Origin: Candidatus Nanohalarchaeota archaeon
GTDB taxonomy: Archaea; Nanohalarchaeota; Nanosalinia; Nanosalinales; Nanoanaerosalinaceae
Direction of reading: 5' to 3'
Assembly: GCA_022729255.1 (NCBI GenBank)
Contig: JALDAG010000001.1
Span: 2,391 to 66,390 of the forward strand
DNA length: 64,000 bases
Part shown: positions 1 through 9,129 of the stretch, piece after piece
Layout: every line of letters starts with the position of its first letter
Position numbering within the stretch: position 1 is the stretch's first letter
Program-made: the position numbers and the translations under genes
The notes under the pieces: model-generated
What the model was told of the DNA's origin: nothing
Database searches by the model: none
What the model saw: only the letters and a program-made list of their open reading frames with translations

Positions 1-1271
1 AAATCATCTGCAGTGTTGACAAGTTTCGAACGTATTTCATAAGGTTTTAAACTTTCATCGTCTTCTTTTAGTAGGGCTGCGGCTCCGCTGACCATGGGGG
101 TGGACATTGAAGTACCTGTCATATTTTCATATTCATTATCGTTCACCGCTGCTTTGATTATCCCCGGAGCTACTAGGTCTGGCTTGTTGATCATAACCCA
201 TTCATCTTCCGATTCATCAAACTTTATGAAAGGTCCTCTGGAGGAAAAATCGGTGACATCGTCGTTTCCATCGACAGCTCCGACGGTTATGACTTCTTCC
301 ATGTGGCCAGGCATCGATAAAGTACGGTAAAAATCGCCATCGTTTCCAGCTGCAACTACTACTGTTATGTTCTTGTCATCCATCTCATCGAATATACTTC
401 GGAATAAACCTGTCATCTCATCTAGATGTCTTCTATTTACATACAATCCTAAGCTCATCGATACTATATCTGTACCATGTTCATCATGGTTTTTCAATAT
501 ATGCTCTAAACCTTCAACAATATCGCTAATACTGCCAGAACCATGTTCGAACACTTTATAAGCTCCTATTTTTGCTTCAGGAGCTACACCTCCAGGAAAT
601 TCGTCTTCGACTTTTTTTCCAGCCGCTATGCTTGAGACATGTGTGCCATGACTCTCGTAATCTATGTCCATAGGGTCTTCATCATCATCATCATTCACAA
701 AGTCGTATCCGTCATAGAATTTTTCACATCCCGAAAATTCTTCGCAACTTCCAAATACCTCATGTGTGTAATCCACACCTGTGTCTAGTACAGCTATATT
801 CACACCTTCTCCGGTAAGGTTATCGCTTCCGAAACCTTCTTCGTGTATCTTCTCCATCCCGACAGATTCCCTGGCATCCTCCATCCGGGTCTCAACTATG
901 TAGTCAGGGATAACGTATTCAACCTCTTCCTGTCTTTTAAGTTGCATAACATCTTCTGAACTCATGTCTTCAACATGAATACCTTTAAAACCGTGTTCAA
1001 AGTTTCTGACAACTTTTTCCTCTAGATCAATGTGTCCAAGCTTTTCATCTAATTCTTCAATTCTTTCCAAGGCATTTTCAGGTATATTACTAGAGCCCCT
1101 ATCCGGTCTGCTTCCTCGATCGTTACCGTTGTCATGAAAAGTAACTATGTAAGAACCTGGAACGGTGTTACCACTTATCTCTTCTCCATTAGGCGTATTT
1201 CCAATAACTAGTCCTGTTAAAAAAACAATGGTCAATAAAACTGTAAAAATTCTGATATATTTCCTAAACAT
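1..1271 (-). CDS. Secreted subtilisin-like serine protease (peptidase S8), 3'-partial; the C-terminus lies beyond the left window edge
   Basis: Absent from the ORF track because no stop lies inside the window. Manual minus-strand translation from the ATG at 1271..1269 gives MFRKYIRIFTVLLTIVFLTGLVIG (signal/anchor) and a propeptide-like region. S8 triad motifs follow: 'NIAVLDTGVD', 'ESHGTHVSSIAAG', 'NMTGTSMSTPMVSGAAALL'. The frame stays open to position 1. Confidence 0.85.
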   Translation of the reverse strand, partial: MFRKYIRIFTVLLTIVFLTGLVIGNTPNGEEISGNTVPGSYIVTFHDNGNDRGSRPDRGSSNIPENALERIEELDEKLGHIDLEEKVVRNFEHGFKGIHVEDMSSEDVMQLKRQEEVEYVIPDYIVETRMEDARESVGMEKIHEEGFGSDNLTGEGVNIAVLDTGVDYTHEVFGSCEEFSGCEKFYDGYDFVNDDDDEDPMDIDYESHGTHVSSIAAGKKVEDEFPGGVAPEAKIGAYKVFEHGSGSISDIVEGLEHILKNHDEHGTDIVSMSLGLYVNRRHLDEMTGLFRSIFDEMDDKNITVVVAAGNDGDFYRTLSMPGHMEEVITVGAVDGNDDVTDFSSRGPFIKFDESEDEWVMINKPDLVAPGIIKAAVNDNEYENMTGTSMSTPMVSGAAALLKEDDESLKPYEIRSKLVNTADD

Positions 1272-1380
1272 AACTAACAACTTTAGTTATTATTAGTAAA
1301 GCCTGATTTATACCTTTTACGACTTTCCCTGAAAGATTTCAGGATAAAGCTCAAAAAGGTTCTATTAAACAATTAATCTC

Positions 1381-1869
1381 ATGGAAGCAATAAAATGTAT
1401 CAAGGAGAGAAGATCGATCCGAAACTACAAAGAAGAAAAAATACCTGAAGAGGACATCAGAAAGATTCTTGACTGTGCGAGGCATGCACCATCTGCCAAC
1501 AACAAACAGCCATGGGAATTCGTGGTTGTGGAAAACGATGAACTGCTGGAAGAACTTGGAAGTATCTGCAGTTACGGAAAGTTCATAGAGAACTGCTCTC
1601 ATTGCATAGTAGTTCTTGGGAAAAAAGATGAGAAGTATTTCCTAGAAGATGGGTGTGCGGCCACAATGAACATACTGTTATCCGTTAAAGCGCTCGGCTA
1701 TGGAAGTTGCTGGGTTGCTGGTCATGGAAAAAAATACGAGCAAGAAGTTCTTGAAGCATTAAAAAAGAAGGATAAGAAACTGGTATCTATTTTACCGATT
1801 GGAGTACCTGATGAAAAACCTGGAAAAAATAAGAAATCACTTGAAAAAGTTACTGAATGGATTAAATGA
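1381..1869 (+). CDS. FMN-dependent nitroreductase family protein
   Basis: 162 aa. 'RRSIRNY' and 'HAPSANNKQPWEFVVV' are typical nitroreductase-fold N-terminal motifs. Confidence 0.8.
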   Translation: MEAIKCIKERRSIRNYKEEKIPEEDIRKILDCARHAPSANNKQPWEFVVVENDELLEELGSICSYGKFIENCSHCIVVLGKKDEKYFLEDGCAATMNILLSVKALGYGSCWVAGHGKKYEQEVLEALKKKDKKLVSILPIGVPDEKPGKNKKSLEKVTEWIK

Positions 1870-1922
1870 AATTAAAATAGATAGCAATCAAAAATTACCT
1901 CTTTGAAGCTGTCTCCATCTTA

Positions 1923-2351
1923 TTAACTTATAGAATATTTAGCAGAGGTGCTTTCCAATACTTTTTCCAAGTCTTCCTCCAAACTTTCAAGATCTTCGTA
2001 AAACATGAGGTGGGATCCACAGTTACAGTCGGAGCAACCAAATTTCCCTATTGACTTCCCGGAAAGTTTCTGGGCTAGAGAACATTCTATTTTTTCTCCG
2101 GGTATCCTGTAAACCCCTGTCAACTCTGAATGATTGTTACCGTTAATATAATCAATATGCCAGTGTCTCTTATTATTCTCTCCATTTAAAACTTCTCTAT
2201 GTCTATCTATCCTCTTGAATCCTCCAGGACCAAAAGCTGACCCGATATAAGTGTAAAAACCTTTTTCAAAACTAATAGTCCCAAGGCTTCCAACAGTTAT
2301 ATTGCAGCTGTCTTCCAAGTTCAAAACAAGAATGTATGTGCCTTTTTCCAT
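1923..2351 (-). CDS. GIY-YIG nuclease superfamily protein (DUF123-like)
   Basis: 142 aa. 'GFYTYIGSAFGPGGFKRIDRH', 'KRHWHIDYI' and the C-terminal 'CSDCNCGSHLMFY' match the DUF123/Uri-type pattern as I recall it. Confidence 0.7.
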   Translation of the reverse strand: MEKGTYILVLNLEDSCNITVGSLGTISFEKGFYTYIGSAFGPGGFKRIDRHREVLNGENNKRHWHIDYINGNNHSELTGVYRIPGEKIECSLAQKLSGKSIGKFGCSDCNCGSHLMFYEDLESLEEDLEKVLESTSAKYSIS

Positions 2352-2352
2352 C

Positions 2353-2889
2353 TTAATCTCTCACAATTTTGTCGGAACATTTGTTCTCAGATTCCTTTGA
2401 CGAGATATAAAAAACCGAAAATGTCAGGAAAATGATTGCAAGGAAATTGATCTCAAAACCATAGAATGGTAAAAAACTTAGGCCCATCGAAAATCCTAAT
2501 AAGGACAGGATGCTTGCAGTGCATGCAGGACAACCCGTAAAAACTAGGCCTATGAATGCTCCGGGTGTAGTAGATAACCCTTCAAAGGCAAAGTTATCCT
2601 TTATCATCAAAAAGTTTAAACCTAATAGGAAAGATGTTGCTAAAGTGATTGAAACACGGTGCCAGTGGTGGTTTAAACCATATAGATACAATGAATTAAC
2701 TAATGAAATCGGTAAATAGTGAATACCTGATTCAAAAATTGTTCTTGAGATCATTGAAAGGTTGTCTATGATACTGATAACCGAATAAAAGATAAAAGAG
2801 AATACAAACAGAATAACCAGGTTTTTAAACTCCTTAAATTTCCTGAGAATGTTTTTTAAGTTTTTCCTGTTGAGAGAGTTCAAAACCAT
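2353..2889 (-). CDS. Polytopic membrane protein with intramembrane 'GCPACT' CxxC motif; possible thiol-disulfide or metal-handling role, function unknown
   Basis: 178 aa with several hydrophobic segments and 'FTGCPACTASILSLLG'. No confident family assignment. Confidence 0.5.
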   Translation of the reverse strand: MVLNSLNRKNLKNILRKFKEFKNLVILFVFSFIFYSVISIIDNLSMISRTIFESGIHYLPISLVNSLYLYGLNHHWHRVSITLATSFLLGLNFLMIKDNFAFEGLSTTPGAFIGLVFTGCPACTASILSLLGFSMGLSFLPFYGFEINFLAIIFLTFSVFYISSKESENKCSDKIVRD

Positions 2890-2985
2890 AGAAATGTTTT
2901 TCTGATTCGAAGATTAATAAGTTTGTGCAGTAAATTTGCATTAAAAGAGGTAGGATAAAAAAAGTTCTCAACGGGTGGAAGAATA

Positions 2986-3231
2986 TTAGTCTTCCCCGTT
3001 TCCATGATCATGAGCTTTGTGATGTTCCTGTATATCCTTAATTATTTCTTGAGCTTTTTCGTTGATCTCTTCCTGATCTACCATTTCTTTATCAACAAGC
3101 ACTCCTAGAAGTGCGTTCATTGTCAGTTCAAGGTTTCCGATTTTCTGCTGAATAGCCTGCATTATCTGCTGCTGGCTTGGCTGGTTTTGATTTTCTGCCA
3201 TTTTTTCACCTAAGCGGTTTTTTCCTTCCAA
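2986..3231 (-). CDS. Small hypothetical protein (Gln-rich N-terminus, His-rich acidic C-terminus)
   Basis: 81-aa ORF. The likely real start is the internal 'MAENQNQ' (about 3201). No recognisable domain. Confidence 0.4.
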   Translation of the reverse strand: MEGKNRLGEKMAENQNQPSQQQIMQAIQQKIGNLELTMNALLGVLVDKEMVDQEEINEKAQEIIKDIQEHHKAHDHGNGED

Positions 3232-3318
3232 GGTTTTTAATAGTTGGTGTGTGCTGGAAAAAGAACATATATTTTAGATTAATGGCCTAAATCATTAATA
3301 GAATTTTCAGAGATCTAC

Positions 3319-3391
3319 AGCCCGGTGGTGTAGTGGTCAATCATACGAGGTTCTGGGCCTCGTGACTCTGGTTCGAATCCAGGCCGGGCTA
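3319..3391 (+). tRNA. tRNA-Gln (anticodon CUG), no intron, CCA not encoded
   Basis: Hand-folded. Acceptor AGCCCGG/CCGGGCT (A1:U72, A73, as typical for archaeal tRNA-Gln). Anticodon stem CGAGG/CCTCG, loop TTCTGGG. T-arm TCTGG-TTCGAAT-CCAGG. Confidence 0.9.
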
Positions 3392-3461
3392 TTATTTAGT
3401 TTTCTCTAGAACAGAAACTGTTTTTCGTTTTATTATCAAAAAATTTTGATAATAAGAAAAC

Positions 3462-4277
3462 CTATTCTCTTATGACTTCTCCATAAGAAACAGCTGAAGC
3501 CAGTAGCATGGTGGCTCCAAGCAGTTCAAGGCTTTCCTCAAGAAAACTGTCTATAAACCTGTATCTTACGTCCATGAAGCCATTTGATGCTTGTTCAGCC
3601 AACCTTTCATCTGTTTCATCATAAAGTTCTCTCAGTTCCTCTCCGCCTATATATACCGTTGCTTCATAAAATCCGTTTCCTATCATCCTGTTGATAGGTG
3701 TCAGGTCAGCAGGACCTGATAAGAAAACAGCTGTTCCGTAAAACAAGAATCCTAGAGCCAGGAGAATCGCTGTTATCCTGCTTTTCTTTATGAGTTTTCC
3801 GTATCTGATAACTGCGTATACAGGTAGAAAAGCTATAGCTCCGAAGTAAAGTGTCTCAAGTATATTGAGTGTACCCCATTCGAAAGAAAGGTATTCTCTT
3901 AGTACGAAATGCCTTATGTTTCCTGCGTCTTCCATAAGCATCAATACCGCAGCAACAGCAAATATCAGCCAGAAGATACCTTCTTTTTTCCTGTCTCTTT
4001 CATCAAGTCTTCCATACAGTACTCCACACGTAACGGCGAAGATACCGAGAAAAAACCATTGAAACATCTCTACAGGAGCTCTTTCCTTGAAAAGAAAATC
4101 AAATAAAAAAGGAACATTCAGTCCAGAATAAATCTCTCTAGTTCCAAAAACGTTCAGTACATCCGAAAATAAGACCATCAACCAGAAAACAACGAGAACT
4201 CCAACACCCAATCCAACGAAGTGCTTGTAACTTAATTCAAATTTCTTGTCCATGTTTGACATTATGATTGGCATCAA
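3462..4277 (-). CDS. Integral membrane protein, unknown function
   Basis: 271 aa with about 7 hydrophobic helices and an acidic C-terminal soluble tail. No recognised motif. Confidence 0.55.
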   Translation of the reverse strand: MMPIIMSNMDKKFELSYKHFVGLGVGVLVVFWLMVLFSDVLNVFGTREIYSGLNVPFLFDFLFKERAPVEMFQWFFLGIFAVTCGVLYGRLDERDRKKEGIFWLIFAVAAVLMLMEDAGNIRHFVLREYLSFEWGTLNILETLYFGAIAFLPVYAVIRYGKLIKKSRITAILLALGFLFYGTAVFLSGPADLTPINRMIGNGFYEATVYIGGEELRELYDETDERLAEQASNGFMDVRYRFIDSFLEESLELLGATMLLASAVSYGEVIRE

Positions 4278-4317
4278 AGTTTTTTATTAGTAAAATAAAA
4301 GAAAAAAAGGAGATGCT

Positions 4318-5310
4318 TCACTGGAAAAGTTGACTGTGTTCTCCAAGCAATGAATCCCTTACCTCTGCATTCTTTAGCATAGCCTTCTGGTCAACAATTG
4401 AACCTTCGACAGTGGAGTCTTCAATCCTTGCTTTTGGAAACACTATACAGTCTTTTAGCTGGCAATTCCTAACTTCTGCTCCAGCCATAACGTACACATT
4501 TCCCTCCATCTTAGTATTTTCTGTTCTCCCCTCAACTATCTGTTGACCCATCCCATGAACTGCCTGGTGGGCTTCAAGGTAACCTTCTCTTGTACCGACA
4601 TCGACCCATTCACCCTTGAAAGGAAAACCTTTGAAAGTTCTTTCGTTGTGAGCCCATTCTATAAGTCTTCCGGGTTCATCTAGGTACTGTTCAGCAGGTA
4701 TGTCCGTCTTTGAAAAATGCTCTTCATATAATTTAAAAAGATCTAGGTCTTTCTCTGGGAAGAAGTAGCAAGCTGTGGATGCAAGTGTGGATTTAGGATT
4801 TTCGGGTTTCTCCTGAAAACCTATGATCTCATTGTTCCCGTTCGTCTCAACAACTCCGAAGGAAGTGGCTTTCTCTTTCGAGTCTAAATCATAACATGCG
4901 AGTGCAGGATACCCGTTTACCTCTTCCAAAAATTCCTCTATGTCAAGAGAATAATAATTGTCTCCTCCGATTATCACGTAGTCATCGGAAGGTTTTTGAT
5001 CCAATAAGTTGATCATAGCTCCTATCGTACCTGGTTTCTCCTCTTCACAGTCCTGGTCCTCAACCACGACTTCGACAACACCTTCATAACCAAAATCACT
5101 TACATAATCCCTGAAATCGTCTCCAAACTTCTTGTTGGTAGAAATAAATATTTCTTCTATGTTCTTATTTTCAGCAAGATCTTTTATAATAAAATCTATT
5201 ATAGGTCTTCCGTTTATAGGTAGTAATGGTTTTGCTCTGTTTTTCGTTATGGGCCAAAGCCTTGTTGCATGTCCTCCAGCTAATACTATCGCTCTCATAG
5301 ATATATCCAC
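4318..5310 (-). CDS. Sugar-1-phosphate nucleotidylyltransferase (NTP-transferase plus C-terminal hexapeptide-like region)
   Basis: 'MRAIVLAGGHATRLWPITKNRAKPLLPINGRPII' is the canonical NTP-transferase N-terminus. The likely start is the MRAIV Met (about 5298). Confidence 0.8.
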   Translation of the reverse strand: MDISMRAIVLAGGHATRLWPITKNRAKPLLPINGRPIIDFIIKDLAENKNIEEIFISTNKKFGDDFRDYVSDFGYEGVVEVVVEDQDCEEEKPGTIGAMINLLDQKPSDDYVIIGGDNYYSLDIEEFLEEVNGYPALACYDLDSKEKATSFGVVETNGNNEIIGFQEKPENPKSTLASTACYFFPEKDLDLFKLYEEHFSKTDIPAEQYLDEPGRLIEWAHNERTFKGFPFKGEWVDVGTREGYLEAHQAVHGMGQQIVEGRTENTKMEGNVYVMAGAEVRNCQLKDCIVFPKARIEDSTVEGSIVDQKAMLKNAEVRDSLLGEHSQLFQ

Positions 5311-5400
5311 CTTAACGTATCAAAAAATGTATTACGTTATATTATTCATTCGAAAAACTTCTTTAAATAAGTTCTGTTAAAGAAAAAAAAGAAAAAGAGA

Positions 5401-6726
5401 TCAAGCGAAGATCTCCTTGTGGATGTTTTCAGGTGTCAAGAAATCTTTCTCCATCCCTATATTTCCATCTTCAAGATCTTTGATAGCGTGTTCAAAATCT
5501 TCCATCTTCACCTTTAAATCAGATAAGTCATCTCCCCTGTAAATAGCAGATAAAGCTGACTGTTTTGCTATCTGCTCTATGTCTCTACCACTCACCTGAT
5601 CAGGCATCTTATCAACAATCTCCCAAATATCGACGTCATCATCGATGTCGAATTTTCTAGTGTGCACCTGCAGAATCTCTTTCTTTGCATTGTTATCAGG
5701 CATGCTTACCTCTATTGCAGAACACCTGTTGATTATAGCAGGATCTATTATAGATGGTTTGTTGGTCGCGAAAATAGACACAACGTTCTGATTCCCTTCT
5801 TCTTTTCCAAGGCCATCAAGTTCTGATAAAAGTTGAGACATGGTTCTTTCAACTTCTTCTCCTCCATGTCTACGATTTTCTTGTCTCTTTTTAGCTATAG
5901 AATCAATCTCATCAATGAACACTATGGCAGGTTTATCACTGCTTCTAGCCTGGTCATAAAGTCTCCTAACTTTTTTGGCTCCCTCTCCAATGAACTTTTC
6001 AACAAGCTGAGGACCGTTTATCATGAACATGTCGGCCTCGTACTCATTCGCTAGAGCCTTGACCATCAAGGTTTTACCCGTTCCTGGAGGACCAACAAGC
6101 ATCAAACTCTTATCCAGATCAACACCCCATTTTTCGATCACTTTACGTCTTTCTTCCTCAAGCTGGATTCCGACGTTCCTTCTCAGGGTCTGTATAACAT
6201 CATCAAGTCCTCCTATATCTTGAAAAGTCTTAGAAGTATTGATACATTCAAAATCCGGGTCCTTTCTCTTTTTAAGAACATCTATTATTTGAAAGTTTTG
6301 AGGGTTCAAAGCAACCTCTGTGCCAACGGTTAGATTTCTCTGGGATAAATGACTGGGAAATCTAACCCCGTACTCTCCTTTTTGAGCTGATTGAGGTTCA
6401 ACCCATATCCAGTCGCCCTCGTACTCCTTTACTATGATACCTCTGAGAACAGTTGGGTGTTTACGGCTATCTTTCTTGCTTTTCTTAGATTTTTTCACCA
6501 TTTCCACCCCTTTAGATTCATTCTTGGATTTTATCTTAGATGCTAATTTTTTAATATGTTCTTTGTAAAAATCCTTATCCTTTTTCTTATCAAGAGAATT
6601 ATTGTAATACTTCAAAAGGTTTTTTAAATCCGATGATTCTTCCACAGCTTCCCTAATTTTATTAAGTTCCTCATCAGATATCTCACCATCAAGAATTTCT
6701 TCCCTGATATTAGGTTCTTCCGACAT
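5401..6726 (-). CDS. AAA+ ATPase, proteasome-activating-nucleotidase (PAN)-like, divergent
   Basis: 441 aa. It has a charged coiled-coil N-terminus, an OB-like segment ('VGTEVALNPQNFQIIDVL'), Walker A 'GPPGTGKT' and Walker B 'IVFIDEIDS'. It ends '...KEIFA' with no HbYX. Confidence 0.7.
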   Translation of the reverse strand: MSEEPNIREEILDGEISDEELNKIREAVEESSDLKNLLKYYNNSLDKKKDKDFYKEHIKKLASKIKSKNESKGVEMVKKSKKSKKDSRKHPTVLRGIIVKEYEGDWIWVEPQSAQKGEYGVRFPSHLSQRNLTVGTEVALNPQNFQIIDVLKKRKDPDFECINTSKTFQDIGGLDDVIQTLRRNVGIQLEEERRKVIEKWGVDLDKSLMLVGPPGTGKTLMVKALANEYEADMFMINGPQLVEKFIGEGAKKVRRLYDQARSSDKPAIVFIDEIDSIAKKRQENRRHGGEEVERTMSQLLSELDGLGKEEGNQNVVSIFATNKPSIIDPAIINRCSAIEVSMPDNNAKKEILQVHTRKFDIDDDVDIWEIVDKMPDQVSGRDIEQIAKQSALSAIYRGDDLSDLKVKMEDFEHAIKDLEDGNIGMEKDFLTPENIHKEIFA

Positions 6727-6799
6727 AAAAAGTCATTACCATTAAATTATTTAAATTTAGAGAATCTTCTCGGAAAACTTAACATTTATGATAATGAAC

Positions 6800-8059
6800 T
6801 TACTCTAAGAACTCTATCTCTGGTCTCTCAATTTCTGTTGTACAGACACCATCATCACATATGCCCATACACTCATCATCAGATTCACAGCCCGTGTTAG
6901 GTGGCTGTAAAAACTCTACAGAACCTATGTATTCGATGTTCGAATTTCCTACTATATCGATGGCTTGCACATAAAGATCGACCTCTTCATACTGTTCCGA
7001 AGAACTATATGCATACTCTATAGTATCCCCGCTCTCAAGACCGCTCATACTATACATTTCATTGTTGCACTGGTTGTCCTTACAAAATCTTACATCCCTC
7101 AAAGGATAAAGGACTGAATCATCGGAGAAATCAGCTTCAAAACCGTTTTCGTCATAATTGGGCCCGTTCATCCTAGGATAAATATCCGGACCGATCTCCA
7201 TAGTAAATACCACCGAATCACCTGCAACAACGGTGTCCTCAGAGATACATCCACCGGTTTCACATGATACACGAGGGTAATGAGAGTGATCAGTTATGTT
7301 AATATAGATATCTAGTTCTGAATTTTCATTCGAATCTCCAAACAAGTGGGAATTAGCAGTGGAGTACTCATCCATATGTCTATCATCTGTAAACGATATG
7401 ATCCTAAAGCAGTCTCCATAATTCAAACAGTCCTCTTCGAACTCAGAACTGGAAAGAAAATCTTCTTCCCCTGTTCTTAAATCGTAATGAGCAGCTTCTT
7501 CAGTCGTTGTGTTGTATCTTAACACTTCTGATACCTCGAAAGGAGTTTTATCGATGTCTTCAACTGCTTCGGGCACGAATCCCATGCAAACAGATCTATC
7601 AGTGTCGTAGTCTCCAGGTGTTCCAGCATGACTTCCATAAGCTCCATCTTCATAGTTTCTGTAATCTTCAGATATGGACAATACGTTTCTAGTTCTCTCA
7701 TGACAACCTTCATCAGTATCCTGATAATAGTCAACATGGAAGTAGCTTTCAACAATTCTTGTATACTCTTCTCTAGCTCCCTGATCATCAAATCTTCTTA
7801 CGTCAGCGCCTTCAAAAAAGGAATCATCCAGACAAACAGCTCTATCCCCTGAAAGTGAACCGTCATCCATATCCTTTATGTGAGCGCCGTAAACTTCATA
7901 ATCTTCTGATTGAGTTGTTAAAAGGAATACCTTTGTCTCATCATCCGCACAGCTAACATCATCATTCACTGTTTGTATACCCACTATAATACTTATTCCA
8001 GCCAGATAGACAAGTAGAAAAACAATCAAATGTCTGTTCCGGAAAACTTTTTTATCCAT
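6800..8059 (-). CDS. Membrane-anchored or secreted, highly acidic, Cys-rich protein, unknown function
   Basis: 419 aa with the N-terminal hydrophobic segment 'LIVFLLVYLAGISIIVGI', followed by a D/E/Y-rich ectodomain with many Cys pairs (ends 'CESDDECMGICDDGVC'). The start overlaps the upstream stop (TGATG). Confidence 0.6.
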   Translation of the reverse strand: MDKKVFRNRHLIVFLLVYLAGISIIVGIQTVNDDVSCADDETKVFLLTTQSEDYEVYGAHIKDMDDGSLSGDRAVCLDDSFFEGADVRRFDDQGAREEYTRIVESYFHVDYYQDTDEGCHERTRNVLSISEDYRNYEDGAYGSHAGTPGDYDTDRSVCMGFVPEAVEDIDKTPFEVSEVLRYNTTTEEAAHYDLRTGEEDFLSSSEFEEDCLNYGDCFRIISFTDDRHMDEYSTANSHLFGDSNENSELDIYINITDHSHYPRVSCETGGCISEDTVVAGDSVVFTMEIGPDIYPRMNGPNYDENGFEADFSDDSVLYPLRDVRFCKDNQCNNEMYSMSGLESGDTIEYAYSSSEQYEEVDLYVQAIDIVGNSNIEYIGSVEFLQPPNTGCESDDECMGICDDGVCTTEIERPEIEFLE

Positions 8060-8463
8060 CAGTAAACCACCCTCAAACTGTCATCTCCCTCGATTTCATA
8101 CTCACTTTCATCAACCCTGAAAACACCTTCAAACTCGTATTCTCCTGTACGGTGAGAACTAAAGTCATATGTAACATTTTCGCCCGTTGAAACCCCGTAA
8201 AATTCATATAGTTTATCATCAACTTCATCAATGATATATACAGAGCCTTCATATTCGCCAACTATTTCAAGGGTGACTTTGGTATTAGCAAGAACATAAT
8301 TTTCATCATACTCAATACTCCTAACAACATCAACATCATGTCTTGAGAAGAAACCCAGATATGTCACTACTCCTATGAGCAAAATACAGATAAGTGATAG
8401 AACTGCATGTGTGGACCTTCTATTTAGAAGGTCAGGTTTTTTTCGTACGTCTTTTCCTGGCAT
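8059..8463 (-). CDS. N-terminally anchored acidic protein, unknown function
   Basis: 134 aa with a basic N-terminus, the TM segment 'AVLSLICILLIGVVTYLGFF' and an acidic beta-rich ectodomain. Translationally coupled to 6800..8059. Confidence 0.55.
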   Translation of the reverse strand: MPGKDVRKKPDLLNRRSTHAVLSLICILLIGVVTYLGFFSRHDVDVVRSIEYDENYVLANTKVTLEIVGEYEGSVYIIDEVDDKLYEFYGVSTGENVTYDFSSHRTGEYEFEGVFRVDESEYEIEGDDSLRVVY

Positions 8464-8524
8464 ACAATACTCTGGATAAGTTTTCGTATAACTATTATAT
8501 AAAAATTTTAAAAGATTCGATGAA

Positions 8525-8622
8525 CGGACCCGGAGGGATTTGAACCCTCGACCTACAGCTATCTCCTAATATGGAAAAATTGTTAGGAGGCTGTCGCTCT
8601 ATCCGGGCTGAGCTACGGGCCC
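8525..8622 (-). tRNA. tRNA-Arg (anticodon CCU) with a 23-nt intron at the canonical 37/38 position
   Basis: The reverse complement folds as GGGCCCG-TA-GCTC-AGCCCGGATA-GAGC-G-ACAGC-[CTCCTA|intron ACAATTTTTCCATATTAGGAGAT|A]-GCTGT-AGGTC-GAGGG-TTCAAAT-CCCTC-CGGGTCC-G. The intron 3' part (TAGGAG) is complementary to the anticodon-loop CTCCTA. Confidence 0.85.
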
Positions 8623-8663
8623 TTTTTCTCGTTAAGATTACCGTGTAGGACTTTTATAATTTA

Positions 8664-9074
8664 TCATATGTCGTAAAAAAAATCTTTATCAGAACCCACA
8701 AGAGAATAAAAATCTTCTTTCCCTATAAAAACTTCGCAAAACTCTTTGTACGTACTTTCCATATCGTTTTTTGAGCCATCGGTTGTTACCAAAGTAGTTA
8801 TTTCAGAGGCTAAGTTGTCAAGGTCTTCATCGCTTTTTATTTCTTTTGATAAGTAACCTCTTTGACTATGTAGGTATTGAGAAACAGCTGGTTGGGTTAT
8901 TTCTAGTAATTCAGCTATTTCATTCTGGGTATATCCTCTATCATATAGTTTTTCCGCTACAACTTTCCTGAGAGCTGGAAGTACTTTTTCAATCAATGGT
9001 TCTGTTACCGGGTTCAACATACATGTGTATAACGCGGTTATAGTTTTAACTCTTACCATGAAAGATAGAATCAA
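8664..9074 (-). CDS. Helix-turn-helix transcriptional regulator
   Basis: 'GYTQNEIAELLEITQPAVSQYLHSQRG' is a clear HTH. The likely true start is 'MLNPVTEPL' (about 9020). Confidence 0.6.
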   Translation of the reverse strand: MILSFMVRVKTITALYTCMLNPVTEPLIEKVLPALRKVVAEKLYDRGYTQNEIAELLEITQPAVSQYLHSQRGYLSKEIKSDEDLDNLASEITTLVTTDGSKNDMESTYKEFCEVFIGKEDFYSLVGSDKDFFYDI

Positions 9075-9129
9075 AAGTGTTAGGAAACTTATTTAGTAAA
9101 AAGTAAACAACATATTCGAAGGGAGTTAG

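Noticed and set aside
94-561. Two plus-strand track ORFs (78 and 64 aa) at the left edge
   Set aside because: They lie antisense to the clearly coding S8 protease frame, which carries catalytic triad motifs on the minus strand.
7507-7852. Nested alternative-frame ORFs (61-90 aa, both strands) inside 6800..8059. Similar nested ORFs occur inside hel308, EF-2, hydA, argS and others
   Set aside because: They are contained within longer ORFs that carry recognisable domains or a coherent composition. No independent signals support them.
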